Source: Squalus acanthias | Lineage: Eukaryota | DNA: 64,000 bases | NCBI GenBank assembly: GCA_030390025.1 | Contig: JASTWF010000033.1 | Coordinates: 6,388,001 to 6,452,000 of the forward strand | Direction: 5' to 3' | Part shown: one piece after another, positions 23,073 to 36,180 of the stretch | Layout: each line of letters starts with the position of its first letter | Numbering within the stretch: the first letter of the stretch is position 1 | Program-made: the position numbers and the translations under genes | The notes under the pieces: generated by a model | What the model was told of the DNA's origin: nothing | Database searches by the model: none | The model's input: only the letters and a program-made list of their open reading frames with translations

Positions 23073-25821
23073 GAAACATAGAAACATAGAAAATAGGTAC
23101 AGGAGTAGACCATTCTGTCCTTCGAGCCTGCACTGCCATTTAATGCGTTCATGGCTGAACATGCTACCTCAGTACCCTATTCCTGCTTTCTCGCCATACC
23201 CCTTGATCCCCCTAGTTGTGAGTATTATATCGAACTCCCTTTTGAATATATTTAGCGAACTGGCCTCAACAAACTTCTGTGGTAGAGAATTCCACAGATT
23301 CACCACTCTCTGGGTGAAGAAGTTCCTCCTCATCTCAGTCTTAAATGGCTTCCCCTTTATCCTTAGACTGTGACCCCTGGTTTTAGTTTCCCCTAACATT
23401 GGAAACATTCTGCCCGCATTTAATTTGTATAAACCAGTCAGGATTTTAAACGTCTCTATAAGATCCCCCCTCAATCTTCTGAACTCCAGAGGATACAAGT
23501 TCAGTTGATCCAGTCTTTCTTGATATGTCAGTCTGGCCATCCCAGGTATCAATCTAGTGAACCTTCGTTGCACTCCCTCAATAGCAAGAATGTCGTTCCT
23601 CAAGTTAGGAGAACAAAACTGCACACAATACTCCAGGTGTGGCCTCACCAAGGCCCTGCACAACTGTAGCATCACCTCCCTACTCCTGTACTCAAATCCC
23701 CTTGCTATGAAGGCCATCATGCCATTTGCTTTCTTGACTGCCTGCTGCACTTGCCTTCCCACCTTCAGTGACTGATGTACCATGACGCACAGGTCTCGTT
23801 GCACCTCCCCTTTCCCTAATTTGCCACCATTCAGGTAATAGTCTGCCTCCCAATTTTTACCACCAAAGTGGATAACCTCACATTTATCCACATTGTACTT
23901 CATCTGCCATACATTTACCCATTCACCCAACCTGTCCAAGTCACTCTGTAGCCTCCTAGCATCCTCCTCATTGTTCACACTGCCTCCCAATTTAGTGTCA
24001 TCCGCAAATTTGGAGATATTACAATTAATCCCTTTGTCCAAATCATTAATATATAATGTAAGCAGCTGGGGCCCCAGCACCGAACCCTGCGGTACCCCGC
24101 TGGTCACTGCCTACCATTCTGAAAAGTACCCATTTAGTCCTACTCTTTGTTTCCTGTGTGCCAACCAGTTCTCAATCCACGTCATCACATTACCCCCAAT
24201 CCCATGTCCTTTAACTTTGCACACCAATCTCTTGTGTGGGACCTTGTCGATGGCCTTCTGAAAGTCCAAATACACCACATCTACTGGTTCCCCCCCGTCC
24301 ACCCTATTGGAAACATCCTCAAAAAGTTCCAGAAGAATTGTCAAGCATGATTTCCCTTTCACAAATCCACTTTGATTTGGACCTATCATGTCGCCACTTT
24401 CCAAATGGTCTGTTATGACATCTTTAATAATTGATTCCATTATTTTACCCACCACCGATGTCAGGCTGACCGGTCTATAAGTCCCTGCTTTCTCCCTCCC
24501 TCCTTTTTTAAAAAGAGGGGTTACATTAGCCACCCTCCACTCCTTCGGAACTGATCCAGAGTCTAAGGAATGTTGGAAAATTATCGTCAATGCATCCACT
24601 ATTTCCAAGGCCACCTCCTTAAGTACTCTGGGATGCAGACATCAGGCCCTCGGGATTTATTATCCTTCAGTCCCATCAATTTCCCCAACACCTTTTCCCG
24701 ACTGATAAGGATTTCCCTCAGCTCCTCCCTCTTACCAGATCCTTTGATCTCTTTTATTTCCGGAAGGTTGTTTGTGTCCTCCACAGTAAACACCGAACCA
24801 AAGTACTTGTTCAATTGATTTGCCATTTCTTTGTTCCCCATTATGACTTCCCCTGTTTCTGACTGCAGGGGACCTACGTTTGTTTTTACTAACCTCTTTC
24901 TTTTTACATATTTATAGAAGCTTTTGCAGTCAGTTTTAATGTTCTCAGCAAGCTTCCTTTCATATTTTATTTTCCCTGCCCTAAGCAAACCCTCGTCCTC
25001 CTGTGCTGAGTTTTAAAGTTCTCCATGTCCCCGGGTTTGCTGCTACTTCTGGCCAATTTGTATGCCACTTCCTTGCTTTTAATACTATCCCTGATTTCCC
25101 TTGTTAGCCATGGTTGAGCCACCTTCCCTTTTTTATTTTTACGCCAGACAGGGATGTACAATTGCTGTAGTTCATCCATGCGATCTCTAAATGTCTGCCA
25201 TTGCCCTTCCACTGATAACCCCTTAAATATCGCTTACCAATCTAACCTCGCCAATTCACGCCTCATACCCACAAAGTTGCCCTTATTTAAGTTCTGGACC
25301 ATGGTCTCTGAATTAACTGTTTCCTTCTCCATCCTAATGTAGAACTCTACCATTCTATGGTCACTCTTCTCCAAGGGGCCTCGCACCACAAGATTGCTGA
25401 TCAGTCCTTCCTCATTACACAACACCCACTCCAGGATGGCCTCCCCTCTAGTTGGTTCCTCAACATATTGGTTTAGGAAACCATCCCTTAAACACTCCAG
25501 GAAATCCTCCTCCACCGTATTGCTTCCTGTTTGAGTAGCCCAATCTATATGCATATTAAAGTCACCCATGATAACTGCTGCGCCTTTTTTGCATGCAACT
25601 CTGATTTCCTGTTTCATACCCTCCCCCACCTCACTACTACTGTTCGGAGGTCTGTACACAACCCCCACTAACGTTTTCTTCCCTTTGGTGTTCTGCAGCT
25701 CAACCCATATTGATTCCACATCCTCCAAGCTAATGTCCTTCCTAGCTATTGCATTAATCTCCTTTTTAACCAGCAATGCTACCCCACCCCCTTTTCCTTT
25801 TATTCTATCCTTCCTGAATGT
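23073..25821 (-). mobile_element. CR1 LINE, 5'-truncated, relatively young, inserted in the satellite
   Basis: Consecutive ORF2 pieces 25776-23169 ([57 protein letters not shown]); (AAACATAG)n tail at 23074; satellite resumes at ~25822. Confidence 0.95.
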
Positions 25822-26044
25822 CGAGCTGTCTGGGTCTGTGAATGGAGCTGTCTGTGTCTGTGATTGGGGCTGTCTGAGTATGTGAATGGAGCTGTCTGGG
25901 TCTGTGAATGGAGCTGTCTGAGTCTGTGAATGAGCTGTCTGGGTCTGTGAATGGAGCTGTCTGAGTCTGTGAATGGAGCTGTCTGAGTCTGTGAATGGAG
26001 CTGTCTGGGTCGGTGAAATGAGCTGTCTGAATCACAGAATGAAT

Positions 26045-26138
26045 CTAACAACAGAAAACGCTGGAAAACTCAGCAGGCCAGGCACAATCCGTGGAGAGAG
26101 AAACAGAGTTAACGTTTCAGGTCGAAGACCTTTCGTCA
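26045..26138 (-). mobile_element. Short Penelope 3'-end fragment with truncated hammerhead motif
   Basis: Reverse complement closely matches 21914-22008 (TGACGAAAGGTCTTCGACCTGAAACGTTAACTC...CTGCTGAGTTTTCCAGCGTTTTCTGTTGTT). Confidence 0.85.
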
Positions 26139-29100
26139 ATGGAGCTGTCTGGGTCTGTAAATGCAGCTGTCTTGATCGATGAAATGATCTGTCTGTGTCT
26201 TTGAATGGAGCTGTCTGGATCTGTGAAATGTGCTCTCTGGGTCTGTGAAATCAGCTGTCTGGTTCTGTGAGTGGAGCTGTCTGGGTCTGTGAATGGAGCT
26301 GTCTGGGTCTGTAAATGGAGCTGTCTGGGTCTGTGAATGGAACTGTCTGATTCTCTAAATGGGGCTGTCTGAGTTTGTGAATGGAGCTCTCTGGGTCTGT
26401 GAATGGAGCTGTCTGAGTCTGTGAATTGAGCTGTCAGAGTCTGTAAATGCAGTTGTCTGGGTCTGTGAATGGAGCTGTCTGAGTCTGTGAATTGAGCTGT
26501 CAGAGTCTGTAAATGTAGCTGTCTGGGTCTGTAAATGGGGCTTTTTGGATCTGTGAATGGAGCTGTCTGTGTCTGTGAATGGAGCTGCCAGAGTCTTTAA
26601 ATGGAGCTGTATCACTGTGAATGGAGTTATCTAGGTCTGTGAATGGAGCTGTCTGGGTCTGTGAATGGAGCTGTCTGACTCTGTGAATGGAGCTGTCTGG
26701 TTCTGTGAATGGAGCTGTCTGGTTCTGTGAATGGAGCTGTCTGGGTCTGTGAATGGAGCTGTCTGAATCTGTGAATTGAGCAGTTTGGGTCTGTGAATGG
26801 AGCTATCTGTGTCTCTAAATGAGCTGTCTAGGTCTGTGAATGGAGCTGCCTGGGTCTGTGAATTGAGCTGTCTGGGTTGTGATTGGAGCTGACTGAAGCT
26901 GTAAATGGAGCTTTCAGATTCTGTGAATTGAGCTGTCAGAGTCTGTAAATGGAGTTGTCTGGGTCTGTGAAGGGAGCTGTCTGTGTCTGTTGATGGAGCT
27001 GCCAGAGTCTGTAAATGGAGTTGACTCGGTCTGTGAATGGAGCTGTCTGGGTCTGTGAAAGAAACTGTCTGGGTCTGTGAATGGAGCTGTCTGGGTCTGT
27101 GAATGTAGCTGTCTGTGTCTGTTGATGGAGTTGACTCGGTCTGTGAATGGAGCTGTCTGGGTCTGTGAAATAAGCTCTCTGGGTCTGTGAAATGAGCTTT
27201 CTGGGTCTGTGAGTGGTGCTGTCTGGGTCTGTGAATGGAGCTGTGTGCCTCTGAGAATTGTGAAGTCAGGGTCTGTAAATTGAGCTGTCTGAGTCTGCGA
27301 AATGAGTTGTCTGGGTCTGGGAATGGAGCTGCATGGGTCGGTGAATGGAGCTTTCTGCGTCTGTGAAATGCGTTGTCTAGGTCAGTGAATGGTGATGTCT
27401 GGGTCTGTGCATTGAGCTGTCTGAGTCTGTGAATGGATCTGTCTCGGTCTGTGAATGGAAATGTCTGTGTCTGTGAAATGAGCTGTCTGAATCTGTGAAA
27501 TGGGTTGACTGGGTCTGTGAAGAGAAATGTCTGGGTATGTGAAATGAACTTTCTGTGTTTGTGAAATGAGCTGTCTTTGTTTTTGAAATCAGCTTTCCAT
27601 GTCTGTGAATGGAGCTGTTTGGGTCTGTGAATGGAGCTATCTGTGTCTGTGAATGAGCTGTCTGGGTCTGTGAATGGAGCTGTCTGGGTCTGTGAATGGA
27701 GCTGTCTGGGTTGTGAATGGAGCTGGGAGAGTTTGTAAATGGAGCTGTCAGAGTCTGTAAATGGAGCTGTCTGGGTGTGTAAATGGAGCTGTTTGGATCT
27801 GTGAATGGAGCTGTCTGTGTCTGTTAATGGAGCTGCCAGAGTCTGTAAATGGAGCTGACTCGGTCTGTGAATGGAGCTGTCTGGGTCTGTGAAAGAAACT
27901 GTCTGGGTCTGTGAATGGAGCTGTCTGGATTTGTGAATGGAGCTGTCTGATTCTGTGAAATGAGCTTTCTGGGTCTGTGAGAGGAGCTGTCTGGGTCTGT
28001 GAATGGATCTGTGTGCCTCTGTGAATTGAGCTGTCATTGTCTGTGAATTGAGCTGACTGAGTCTATGAAATGAGTTGTCTGAGTCTGGGAATGGAGCTGC
28101 ATGGGTCTGTGAATGGAGCTTTCTGAGTCTGTGAAATGCGTTGTCTCGGTCATTGAATGGAGATGTCTGGGTCTTTGCATTGAGCTGTCTGAGTCTGTGA
28201 ATGGAGCTGTCTCGGTCTGTGAATGGAGATGTCTGTGTCTGTGAAATGAGCTGTCTGAATCTGTGAAATGGGTTGACTGGGTCTGTGAAGAGAAATGTCT
28301 GGGTATGTGAAATGAACTTTCTGTGTTTGTGAAATGAGCTGTCTTGGTTTTTGAAATCAGCTTTCCATGTCTGTGAATGGAGCTGTCTGGGTCTGTGAAA
28401 TGAGCTGTCTGGGTCTGTGAATGGAGCTGTCCGGATCTGTGAATGGAGCTGTCTTGGTCTGTGAAATGAGCTTTCTGAGTCCGTGGAACGATCTGTCTTG
28501 GCCTGTGAATGGTGCTGACTGGGTCTGTGAAATGATCTATCTGGGTCTCAGAATAGAACTGTCTGGGTCTTTTAATGGAGCTGCCTGAGTATGTGAATAG
28601 AACTGCCTGGGTCTGTGAATGGAGCTGTCTGGGTCTGTAAATGGAGCTGTCTGGGTCTGTGAATGGAACTGTCTGAGTGTCTAAATGGGGCTGTCTGAAT
28701 TTGTGAATGGAGCTGTCTGGGTCTGTGAATGGAGCTGTCTGGGTCTGTGAATTGAGCTGTCAGAGTCTGTAAATGCAGTTGTCTGGGTCTGTGAATGGAG
28801 CTGTCTGAGTCTGTGAATTGAGCTGTCAGAGTCTTTAAATGGATCTGTCTGTGTCTGTAAATGGGGCTGTTTGGATCTGTGAATGGAGCTGTCTGTGTCT
28901 GTGAATGGAGCTGCCATAGTCTGTAAATGGAGCTGTCTCACAGTGAATGGAGTTGTCTAGGTCTGTGAATGGAGTTATCTGTGTCTGTGAATGAGCTGTC
29001 TGGGTCTGTGAATGGAACTGTCTGGGTCTGTGAATGGAGTTGTCTGAGTCTGTGAATGGAGCAGTTTGGGTCTGTGAATGGAGCTATCTGTGTCTGTGAA

Positions 29101-31302
29101 TGAGCTGTCTGGGTCTGTGAATGGAGCTGTCTGGGTCTGTGAATGGAGCTGTCTGTGTTGTGAATGGAGCTGTCTGAGTCTGTGAATGGAGTTGTCTGAG
29201 TCTGTGAATGGAGCAGTTTGGGTCTGTGAATGGAGCTATCTGTGTCTGTGAATGAGCTGTCTGGGTCTGTGAATGGAGCTGTCTGGGTCTGTGAAAGAAG
29301 CTGTCTGGGTCTGTGAATGGTGCTGTCTGGATTTGTGAATGGAGCTGTCTGGGTCTGTGAAATGAGCTTTCTGGGTCTGTGAGTGGAGCTGTCTGGGTCT
29401 GTGAATGGATCTGTGTGCCTCTGTGAATTGTGAAGTCAGGGTCTGTGAATTGAGCTGACTGAGTCTATGAAATGAGTTGTCTGGGTCTGGGAATGTAGCT
29501 TTCTGAGTCTCTGAAATGCGTTGTCTCGGTCTGTGAATGGAGATGTCTGAGTCTGTGAAATGAGCTGTCTGAATCTGTGAAATGAGTTGTTTGGGTCTGT
29601 GAAGAGAAATGTCTGGGTATGTGAAATGAACTTTCTGTGTTTGTGAAATGAGCTGTCTTGGTTTTTGAAATCAGCTTTCCATGTCTGTGAATGGAGCTGT
29701 CTGGATCTGTGAATGGAGTTGTCTGAGTCTGTGAATGGAGCTGTCTGGGTCTGTGAATGGAGCTGTCTGGGTTGTGAATGGAGCTGACTGAGTCTGTAAA
29801 TGGAGCTTTCTGGGTCTGTGAAATGAGCTGTCTGGGTCTGTGAATGTAACTGTCCGGATCTGTGAATGGAGCTGTCTAGGTCTGTGAATGGAGCTGTCTG
29901 GGACAGTCAAATGAGCTTTCTGAGTCTGTGGGACGATCTGTCTTGGCTTGTGAATGTTGCTGTCGGGGTCTGTGAAATGATCTATCTGGGTCTGTGATTA
30001 GAACTGTCTGGGTCTTTTAATTGAGCTGTCTGAGTCTGTGAATAAACTGCCTGGGTCTGTGAATGGAGCTGTCTGGGTCTGTGATTGGAACTATCTGGGT
30101 CGGTGAATGGAGCTCTCTGTGTCTGTGAAATGAGCTGTCTGGTTCTGTGAATGGAGATATCAGGGTCTGTGAATTGAGCTGTCTGGGTCTGTGAATAGAG
30201 CTGTTCGAGTCTGTGAATGGAGCTGTTTCGGTCTGTGAATGGAGCTCTCTGGGTCTGTGAATGGAGCTGTCTGGGTCTGTGTCATGCGCTTTCTGAGTCT
30301 TTGAAGTGAGCCGTCTGAGTGTGTGAATGGAGCTGCCTGGTTCTGTGAAAGGAGCTGTCTGGGTCTGTGAATGGTGCTGTCTGTGTTTGTCAAATGAGCT
30401 GTCTGAGTCTGTGAATGGAGCTGTCTGGGTTTGTGAAATGAGCTGTCTGGGTCTGTGGATGGTGCTGTCTGGGTTTGTGAAATGAGCTCTCTGGGTCTGT
30501 GAATGGTGCTGTCTGGGTCTGTGAAAGGAGCTGTCTGAGTCTGTGAATGGAGCTGTCTGGATCTGTGAATGTAGCTGTCTGTGTCTGTGAATGGAGCTGT
30601 CTGGGTCTGTGAATGAAGCAGTTTGGGTCTGTGAATGGAGCTGCCTTGGCCTGTGAATGTCGCTGTCTGTGACTGTGAATGGAGCTTTCTGGGTCTGTGA
30701 AGTGAATTGTCTGGTTCTGTGAATGGAGCTTTATGGATCTGTGAATGGGGATGTCTGGGTCTGTGAATGGAGCTGTCGGAATCTGTGGAATGAGTTGTCT
30801 GTGTCTGTGAATGGAGATGTCTCGGTCTGTGAAATGAACTTTCTGTTTTTTTGTGAAATGAGCTGTCTGGGTTTGTGAAATGAGCTTTCTGAGTCTGTGA
30901 ATGAAGCTGTCTGGGTCTGTGAAATTAGCTTTCTGAGTCGGCGAATGGAGCTGTCTGGGTCTGTGAATGCAGCTGTCTAGATCTGTGAATGGAGATGTCT
31001 GGGTCTGTGAATGAAGCTGTCTGGGTCTGTGTATATAGCTGACTGAGTCTCTGAAATGTGTTGTCTGTGACTGTGAATGGAGACGTCTAGGACTGTGAAA
31101 AGTACTTTCTGTGTTTGTGAAATGAGCTGTCTGGGTTTTTAAATCTGCTTTCCATGTCTGTGAATGTTGCTGCCTGTTTCTGTGATTGGAGCTGTCTGAG
31201 TCTGTGAATGGATCTGTCTGGATCTGTGAATGGAGCTGTCTAGGTCTCTGAAATGAACTTTCTGTATTTGTGAAATGAGTTGTCTGTGTTTTTGAAATGA
31301 GC

Positions 31303-32095
31303 ATTTTGGGAAGATTAAAATGGGAAGGGAATACACAATGAATGGTAGGACCCTAGGAAGGAGAGAGGTTCAGAGGGACCCTGTTGTGCATGTACATAGA
31401 TCCCTGAAGGCAGCAGGAGAGGTAGATAAGATGGTTAAAAAGGCATATGGGATACTTGCCTTCATTCGCCGAGGCATAGAATATAAGCGCAGGGAGGTTA
31501 CGATGGAGCTGTACAAAACGCTAGTCAGGCCACAACTGGAATACTGTGTGCAGTTCTGGTCGCCAAACTATGGGAGGGAAATGATTTCATTTGAAAGGGT
31601 GCAGAGGAGATTCACCAGGACGTTACCTGGGCTGGAGCGCTTCAGCTATGAAGAGAAACAGGACAGGCTGGGTTGTTTTCCTTAGAGCAGAGAAGGCTGA
31701 GGGGGAACCTCATTGAGGTGTACAACATTATGAGGGACATTGATAGGGTAGATAGAAAAGAACTGTTCCCCTTAGTAGAGGGGTCAATAACCAGGGGGCA
31801 TAGTTTCAATGTAAGGGGCAGAAGGTTTAGAGGGGATTTGAGGAAAACCTTTTCACCCAGAGGGTGGTTGGAATCTGGAACTCACTGCCTGAAAGGGTGG
31901 TAGAGGCCGGAACCCTCACAACATTCCAGAAGCATTTAGATGAGCACTTGAAACGCCATAGCATACAAGGCTACGGACCAAGTGCTGGAAAATGGGATTA
32001 GAATAGATGGGGCTTCATGGCCGTCGCGGACACGATGGGCCAAAGGGCCTCTTTCTGTGCTGTATAAATCTATGACTCTGTGTCTATGACTATGA
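31303..32095 (+). mobile_element. CR1 LINE 3' fragment
   Basis: LYKTLVRPQLEYCVQFWSP, LEQRRLRGNLIEVY; (CTATGA)-type tail at ~32070-32095. Confidence 0.9.
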
Positions 32096-32139
32096 CCTTC
32101 TCCCCAGGAATATTTGGTACCCAATCCTTCCCTTTTTTG

Positions 32140-33370
32140 AGCATGTCTCCATTATCAACACGACAACATATTGCCATGTGGTTACTTGCGCCTGCAGCTC
32201 ACCAACCTTATTAACCACACTTCATGCATTTACCCACATGCACTATAAACCTGCCTTGTATTCTCTTAGTCTGACCCCACATAGGACCTTATTCTTTATT
32301 ACTCTTGTGTTATCCGTCTCTCCCAATCCTTTGTGCACCTTGTTTCTCCTTCCTAATGCTACAGCCTGGTGCCCACCCACTGCCTAAATTAGTTTAAAAC
32401 CTCCCAAACACTACGAGCAACCCACCCCCCTCCCCGTCGAGGCCATTGGTTTCGGCCCTGTTGAGGTGCAAACTTTCCGGCCTGTACAGGCCCCAACTCC
32501 CCGAGAACCGGTCCCAATGTCCCAGGAATCTAAAGCACTCCCTAATGCACCATCTCTGCAGCCACTCATTCATCTGCTGTATCCTCCTATTTCTATACTC
32601 ACCAGCACAGGCACCGGGAGTAATCCGAACATTACCACCTTTGAGGTCCTGTTTTTAATCTCTTTCCTAGCGCCCTAAAATCTGCCTGCAGGTCTTCATC
32701 CCTCTTTCTACATATGTCATTGGTACCGATATGGACCACGACCTCTGGCTGTTCAACCTCCCCCCTCAGAATGTTCTTCAGCCGCTCAGTGACATTCTTG
32801 ACCCTGGAACCAGGGAGGCAACAAACCATCCTGGATTCACGTCTGTGGCCGCAGAAACGCTTGTCTATTCCCCTAACTATTGAATCCCCTATAACTTTCC
32901 TGATCTTTCTCCCCCTACCCGCCCCGCCCCCCCACTGTAGAGCTGATCCACCCGTGGTGCTCTGGACTTGGCTCTGGCTGCACTCGCCAGATGAACCATC
33001 GCCCTCTCCAGTATTTAGAACTGAATACCGGTTGGAGAGTGAGATGCACTGAGGGGCTCCTGCACTACCTGCCTGATCATCCTTGTCTGTCTGGCAGTCG
33101 CCTATTCCCTCTCTGCCTGCACACTCTTAAACTGCGGGGTGACCACCTCCTGAAACGTGCTATCCACGTAGCTCTCAGCCTCACGGATCCACCGCAGTGA
33201 CGCCAGTTGCTGTTCAAGCTCCTAAACCCGGATTCGAGCTCCTCCAGCTGACGACACTTCCTGCACATGTGGTTGTCCAGGACACGGAAGTGGACTGGAG
33301 TTCCCACATGGCACAAGATGTGTATTCCACGGGAATGAGGTGCCCTGCCATGCCTTTATTTAATAGACCA
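32140..33370 (-). mobile_element. CR1 LINE 5' part (ORF1 zinc finger plus SGNH/esterase-like domain, start of ORF2)
   Basis: MVCCLPGSRVKNV...VVVHIGTNDI; CRKCRQLEELE; homologous to ORF1 at 39629-40510. Confidence 0.85.
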
Positions 33371-33582
33371 TCATTAACTTAACAGAAATAAACTCCATAC
33401 TTTTGAATATATATTTAGAATTTGCACTGTTAACCTATTCAAATAATCTGCACAATCAGTTCTTGTTAGCTTGGTAACGAACTCATGGTTTCTGGCAAGT
33501 GAGAACCCATGCACTGTGAGTTTGTGGGAACAGGAGATTACAGGACTTTGGACCAGAGAGTTTGTGGGCGGGACTGGCTACT

Positions 33583-34168
33583 AGTTTGAGGAGCTGTATT
33601 AGTTTGAGGGTCTGAATTAGATTGAGGGTTGTATTTGTTTGAGGAGCTGTATTAGTTTGAGGAGCTGTATTAGTTTGAGGGGCTGTTTTAGTTTGAGGTA
33701 CTGTATTAGTTTGAGGGGCTGTATTAGTTTGAGGTACTGTATTAGTTTGAGGGTCTGTATTAGTTTGAGGAGCTGTATTAGTTTGAGGAGCTGTATTAGT
33801 TTGAGGGGCTGTATTAGTTTGAGAGGCTGTATTAGTTTAAGGGGCTGTATTAGATTGAGGAGCTGTATTAGTTTGAGGGACTGTATTAGTTTGAGGTGCT
33901 GTATTAGTTTGAGTGGCTGTATTAGTTTGAGGGGCTGTATTAGTTTGAGGGGCTGTATTAGATTGAGGAGCTGTATTAGTTTGAGGATCTGTATTAGTTT
34001 GAGGGTCTGTATTAGTTTGAGGGGCTGGAATAGTTTGAAGGGCTGTATTAGTTTGAGGAGCTGTATTAGTTTGAGGGTCTGTATTAGTTTGAGGGTCTGT
34101 ATTAGATTGAGGTACTGTATTAATTTGAGGGGCTGTATTAGTTTGAGGTGCTGTATTAGTTTGAGGAT
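33583..34168. repeat. 18-bp minisatellite, consensus GAGGAGCTGTATTAGTTT, about 32 copies
   Basis: Directly visible periodicity; explains the LKLIQP/SCISLR repetitive ORFs. Confidence 0.95.
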
Positions 34169-34592
34169 CCATCGACACAAATTCCCCACTTTAATTGTTT
34201 TACTGACTGGCCACAGTTAAGGCGGACAGCCCCTTCCCAGAGTGCAGCAGAGCAGCCCTGAGAGGACACTCTAACATTTGGAATTTAATTACTGAATGGC
34301 CACAGCAGAGCGAAGGACTTCACCGAAACAATATGAGGTCTAGAGATGGGCCTGGTGCTGTTTGCAACAGCAACCCCATTGCTCGGAGAATACAGCTGGC
34401 AATTGTCATTAGTTAATTCATGTGACCAGAATTCTCCGGTCTTTGGGGTTTTCAATTACAATCTCAGCCCTAAATATATTCCATCACAGCAGGGAATTAA
34501 CTCGGCAGTCGTCATCTGTTTGTTCAAATGTTTTTTTTAAAGTATTTTCAGCGATGTTGCAACCTCAATGTCCTCGTGGAGATCCCGCAGGG

Positions 34593-34598
34593 TATAAA
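34593..34598 (+). promoter_or_regulatory. Putative TATA box of the GPCR gene
   Basis: GGGTATAAATG about 90 bp upstream of the exon-1 ATG (34685). Confidence 0.5.
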
Positions 34599-34684
34599 TG
34601 AAAGGCTCTGTGAATGTTCCGCCTCAGAGTTTAATTCAGAGAGATTGCCTGCAGCACGAAGGGACACATCGCTTCACACAGAAA

Positions 34685-34751
34685 ATGTTAAACACATATG
34701 ACAGTGTGGAGAAAATATACTACATGATCATTGCCGTCATTGGTGTTCCTG
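34685..34751 (+). CDS. GPR139-like class A GPCR, coding exon 1
   Basis: ATG...MLNTYDSVEKIYYMIIAVIGVP plus one G, followed by the donor GTAAGT at 34752; phase-1 junction joins exon 2 in frame (G|TG = Val, giving IGVPVNLLAIVILSR, TM1). Confidence 0.85.
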
Positions 34752-35070
34752 GTAAGTGATTATAACCATTGAAGTTGTGTAAATCTGTGTGTGAGCTGGT
34801 GTCTGGTTTTGCTCTGTGACTGATAATGTTACATCCTGATCTAGTGGTCACCGTTATACAGAGACACGATCAGTGATAACATTTCGTTTAGTCAAATGTC
34901 CTGAATTACTGCTGAGGTTTTCTTCCATTGCCTCAACTGAAAGTAAATTCTGTTTGTAACTCACGGGCTCGCTATGTTAAGAAGTTATTGCCTTTATTGT
35001 AATATTGTGCACTGTTCAATTAGACCTCAGTGTAAGCAACTCTCTGAGAGAAGGTAATAGCGGAAGGGAC

Positions 35071-35525
35071 TGTCACTGTAGAGCTACTGAGTGTGGGTCA
35101 CTAACTGAAGTGGAACACCTCATGCCAGTGGCCATGTATTACTGGGAGTATCTGTCACTGTAGAAATGTACTGAGTGTAGGTCACTAACTGAAGTGGAAC
35201 ATGTGACCCCAGTGGACATGTATTACTGGGAGTATCTGTCACTGTAGAACTACTGAGTGTGGGTCACTAACCGGAGTGGAACACCTGACCCCAGTGGCCA
35301 TGTATTACTGGGAGTATCTGTCACTGTAGAACTACTGAGTGTGGGTCACTAACTGGAGTGGAACACCTGACCCCAGTGGCCATGTATTACTGGGAGTATC
35401 TGTCACTGTAGAACTGTACTGAGTGTGGGTCACTAACTGGAGTGGTACACCTGACCCCAGTGGCCATGTATTACTGGGAGTATCTGTCACTGTAGAACTG
35501 TACTGACTGTGCGTCACTAACCGGA
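35071..35525. repeat. 82-84 bp intronic minisatellite, ~5.5 copies
   Basis: TGTCACTGTAG recurs at 35071, 35153, 35237, 35319, 35401 and 35485. Confidence 0.95.
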
Positions 35526-35679
35526 GTTGGACAAGTCGCTTCCTATATGAAATTATTGTTTTAGATTACTGATCTCTCCCCTTCATGGAGCTGCATTCGT
35601 GTTTTCCCAATGTAATCAATGGCAAAGGGGAAGATTTTTGCTGTTGTTTGAAGAAGTTTGGTTATAAGCATATGAGGCG

Positions 35680-36180
35680 CTGCAGCGAAGGTTCACGAGA
35701 TTGATTCCTGGGATGACAGGGCAGTCCTATGATGAGAGATTGTGTAGAATGGGCCTATAGTCTCTGCAGTTTAGAAGAATGAGAGGTGATCTCATTGAAA
35801 CATAGAAGATTCTGAAGGGGATTGCCAGGGTTAGATGATGAGAGATTGTTTCCCCTGGCTGGAGTGTCTAGAACTAGGGGGCATAGTCTCAGGATAAGGG
35901 GTAGGCCATTTAAGACTGAGATGAGAAGTGTATTCTTCACTCAGAGGGTTGTGAATCTTTGGAATTCTCTGCCCAGAGGCCTGTGAATGCTGAGCCTTTG
36001 AGTATATTCAAGACTGTGATAGATGGATTTTTGGCCTCGGGGAATCAAGGCATATGGAGATCGGGCAGGAAAGTGCTATTGAGGTCGATGATCAGCTATG
36101 ATCTTATTGAATGGTGGAGCTGGTTCGAGGGGCCGTATGGCCTACTTCTGCTCCTAATTCTGATATTCTAATGTTCATAT
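35680..36180 (+). mobile_element. CR1 LINE 3' fragment
   Basis: QRRFTRLIPGM...FRRMRGDLIET...FTQRVVNLWN-type sequence and 3' UTR. Confidence 0.85.

Larger units (their letters stand above)
10328..31300. repeat. 22-bp satellite array, consensus GTCTGTGAATGGAGCTGTCTGG, roughly 750 units excluding insertions
   Basis: Directly visible 22-nt periodicity with recurrent variant units; interrupted at ~20330-22010, ~23073-25821 and ~26040-26138. Confidence 0.97.

Noticed and set aside
21913..26138. Composite transposon formed by inverted Penelope ends flanking the CR1
   Set aside because: Satellite DNA lies between and outside the two ends in unchanged orientation; independent insertions are the simpler explanation.
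10328..31300. CRISPR-like appearance of the repeat array
   Set aside because: Units are head-to-tail with no unique spacers, no cas genes, and the context is eukaryotic.
10911..31304. Dozens of long minus-strand ORFs (TDPDSSIHRPRQLHSQTQTAPF repeats, up to 468 aa)
   Set aside because: Three 22-bp units give the same 22-aa peptide in all frames because the consensus has no stop on that strand; no unique coding sequence, so these are satellite artefacts.
31303..33370. Single twin-primed (5'-inverted) CR1 insertion
   Set aside because: The inverted 5' part lies beyond the 3' tail rather than upstream of it, which does not fit twin priming; treated as two separate insertions.
33617..34220. 190-aa LKLIQP / SCISLR / PQTNT repeat ORFs
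   Set aside because: Translations of the 18-bp minisatellite (unit divisible by 3), open in several frames and on both strands.
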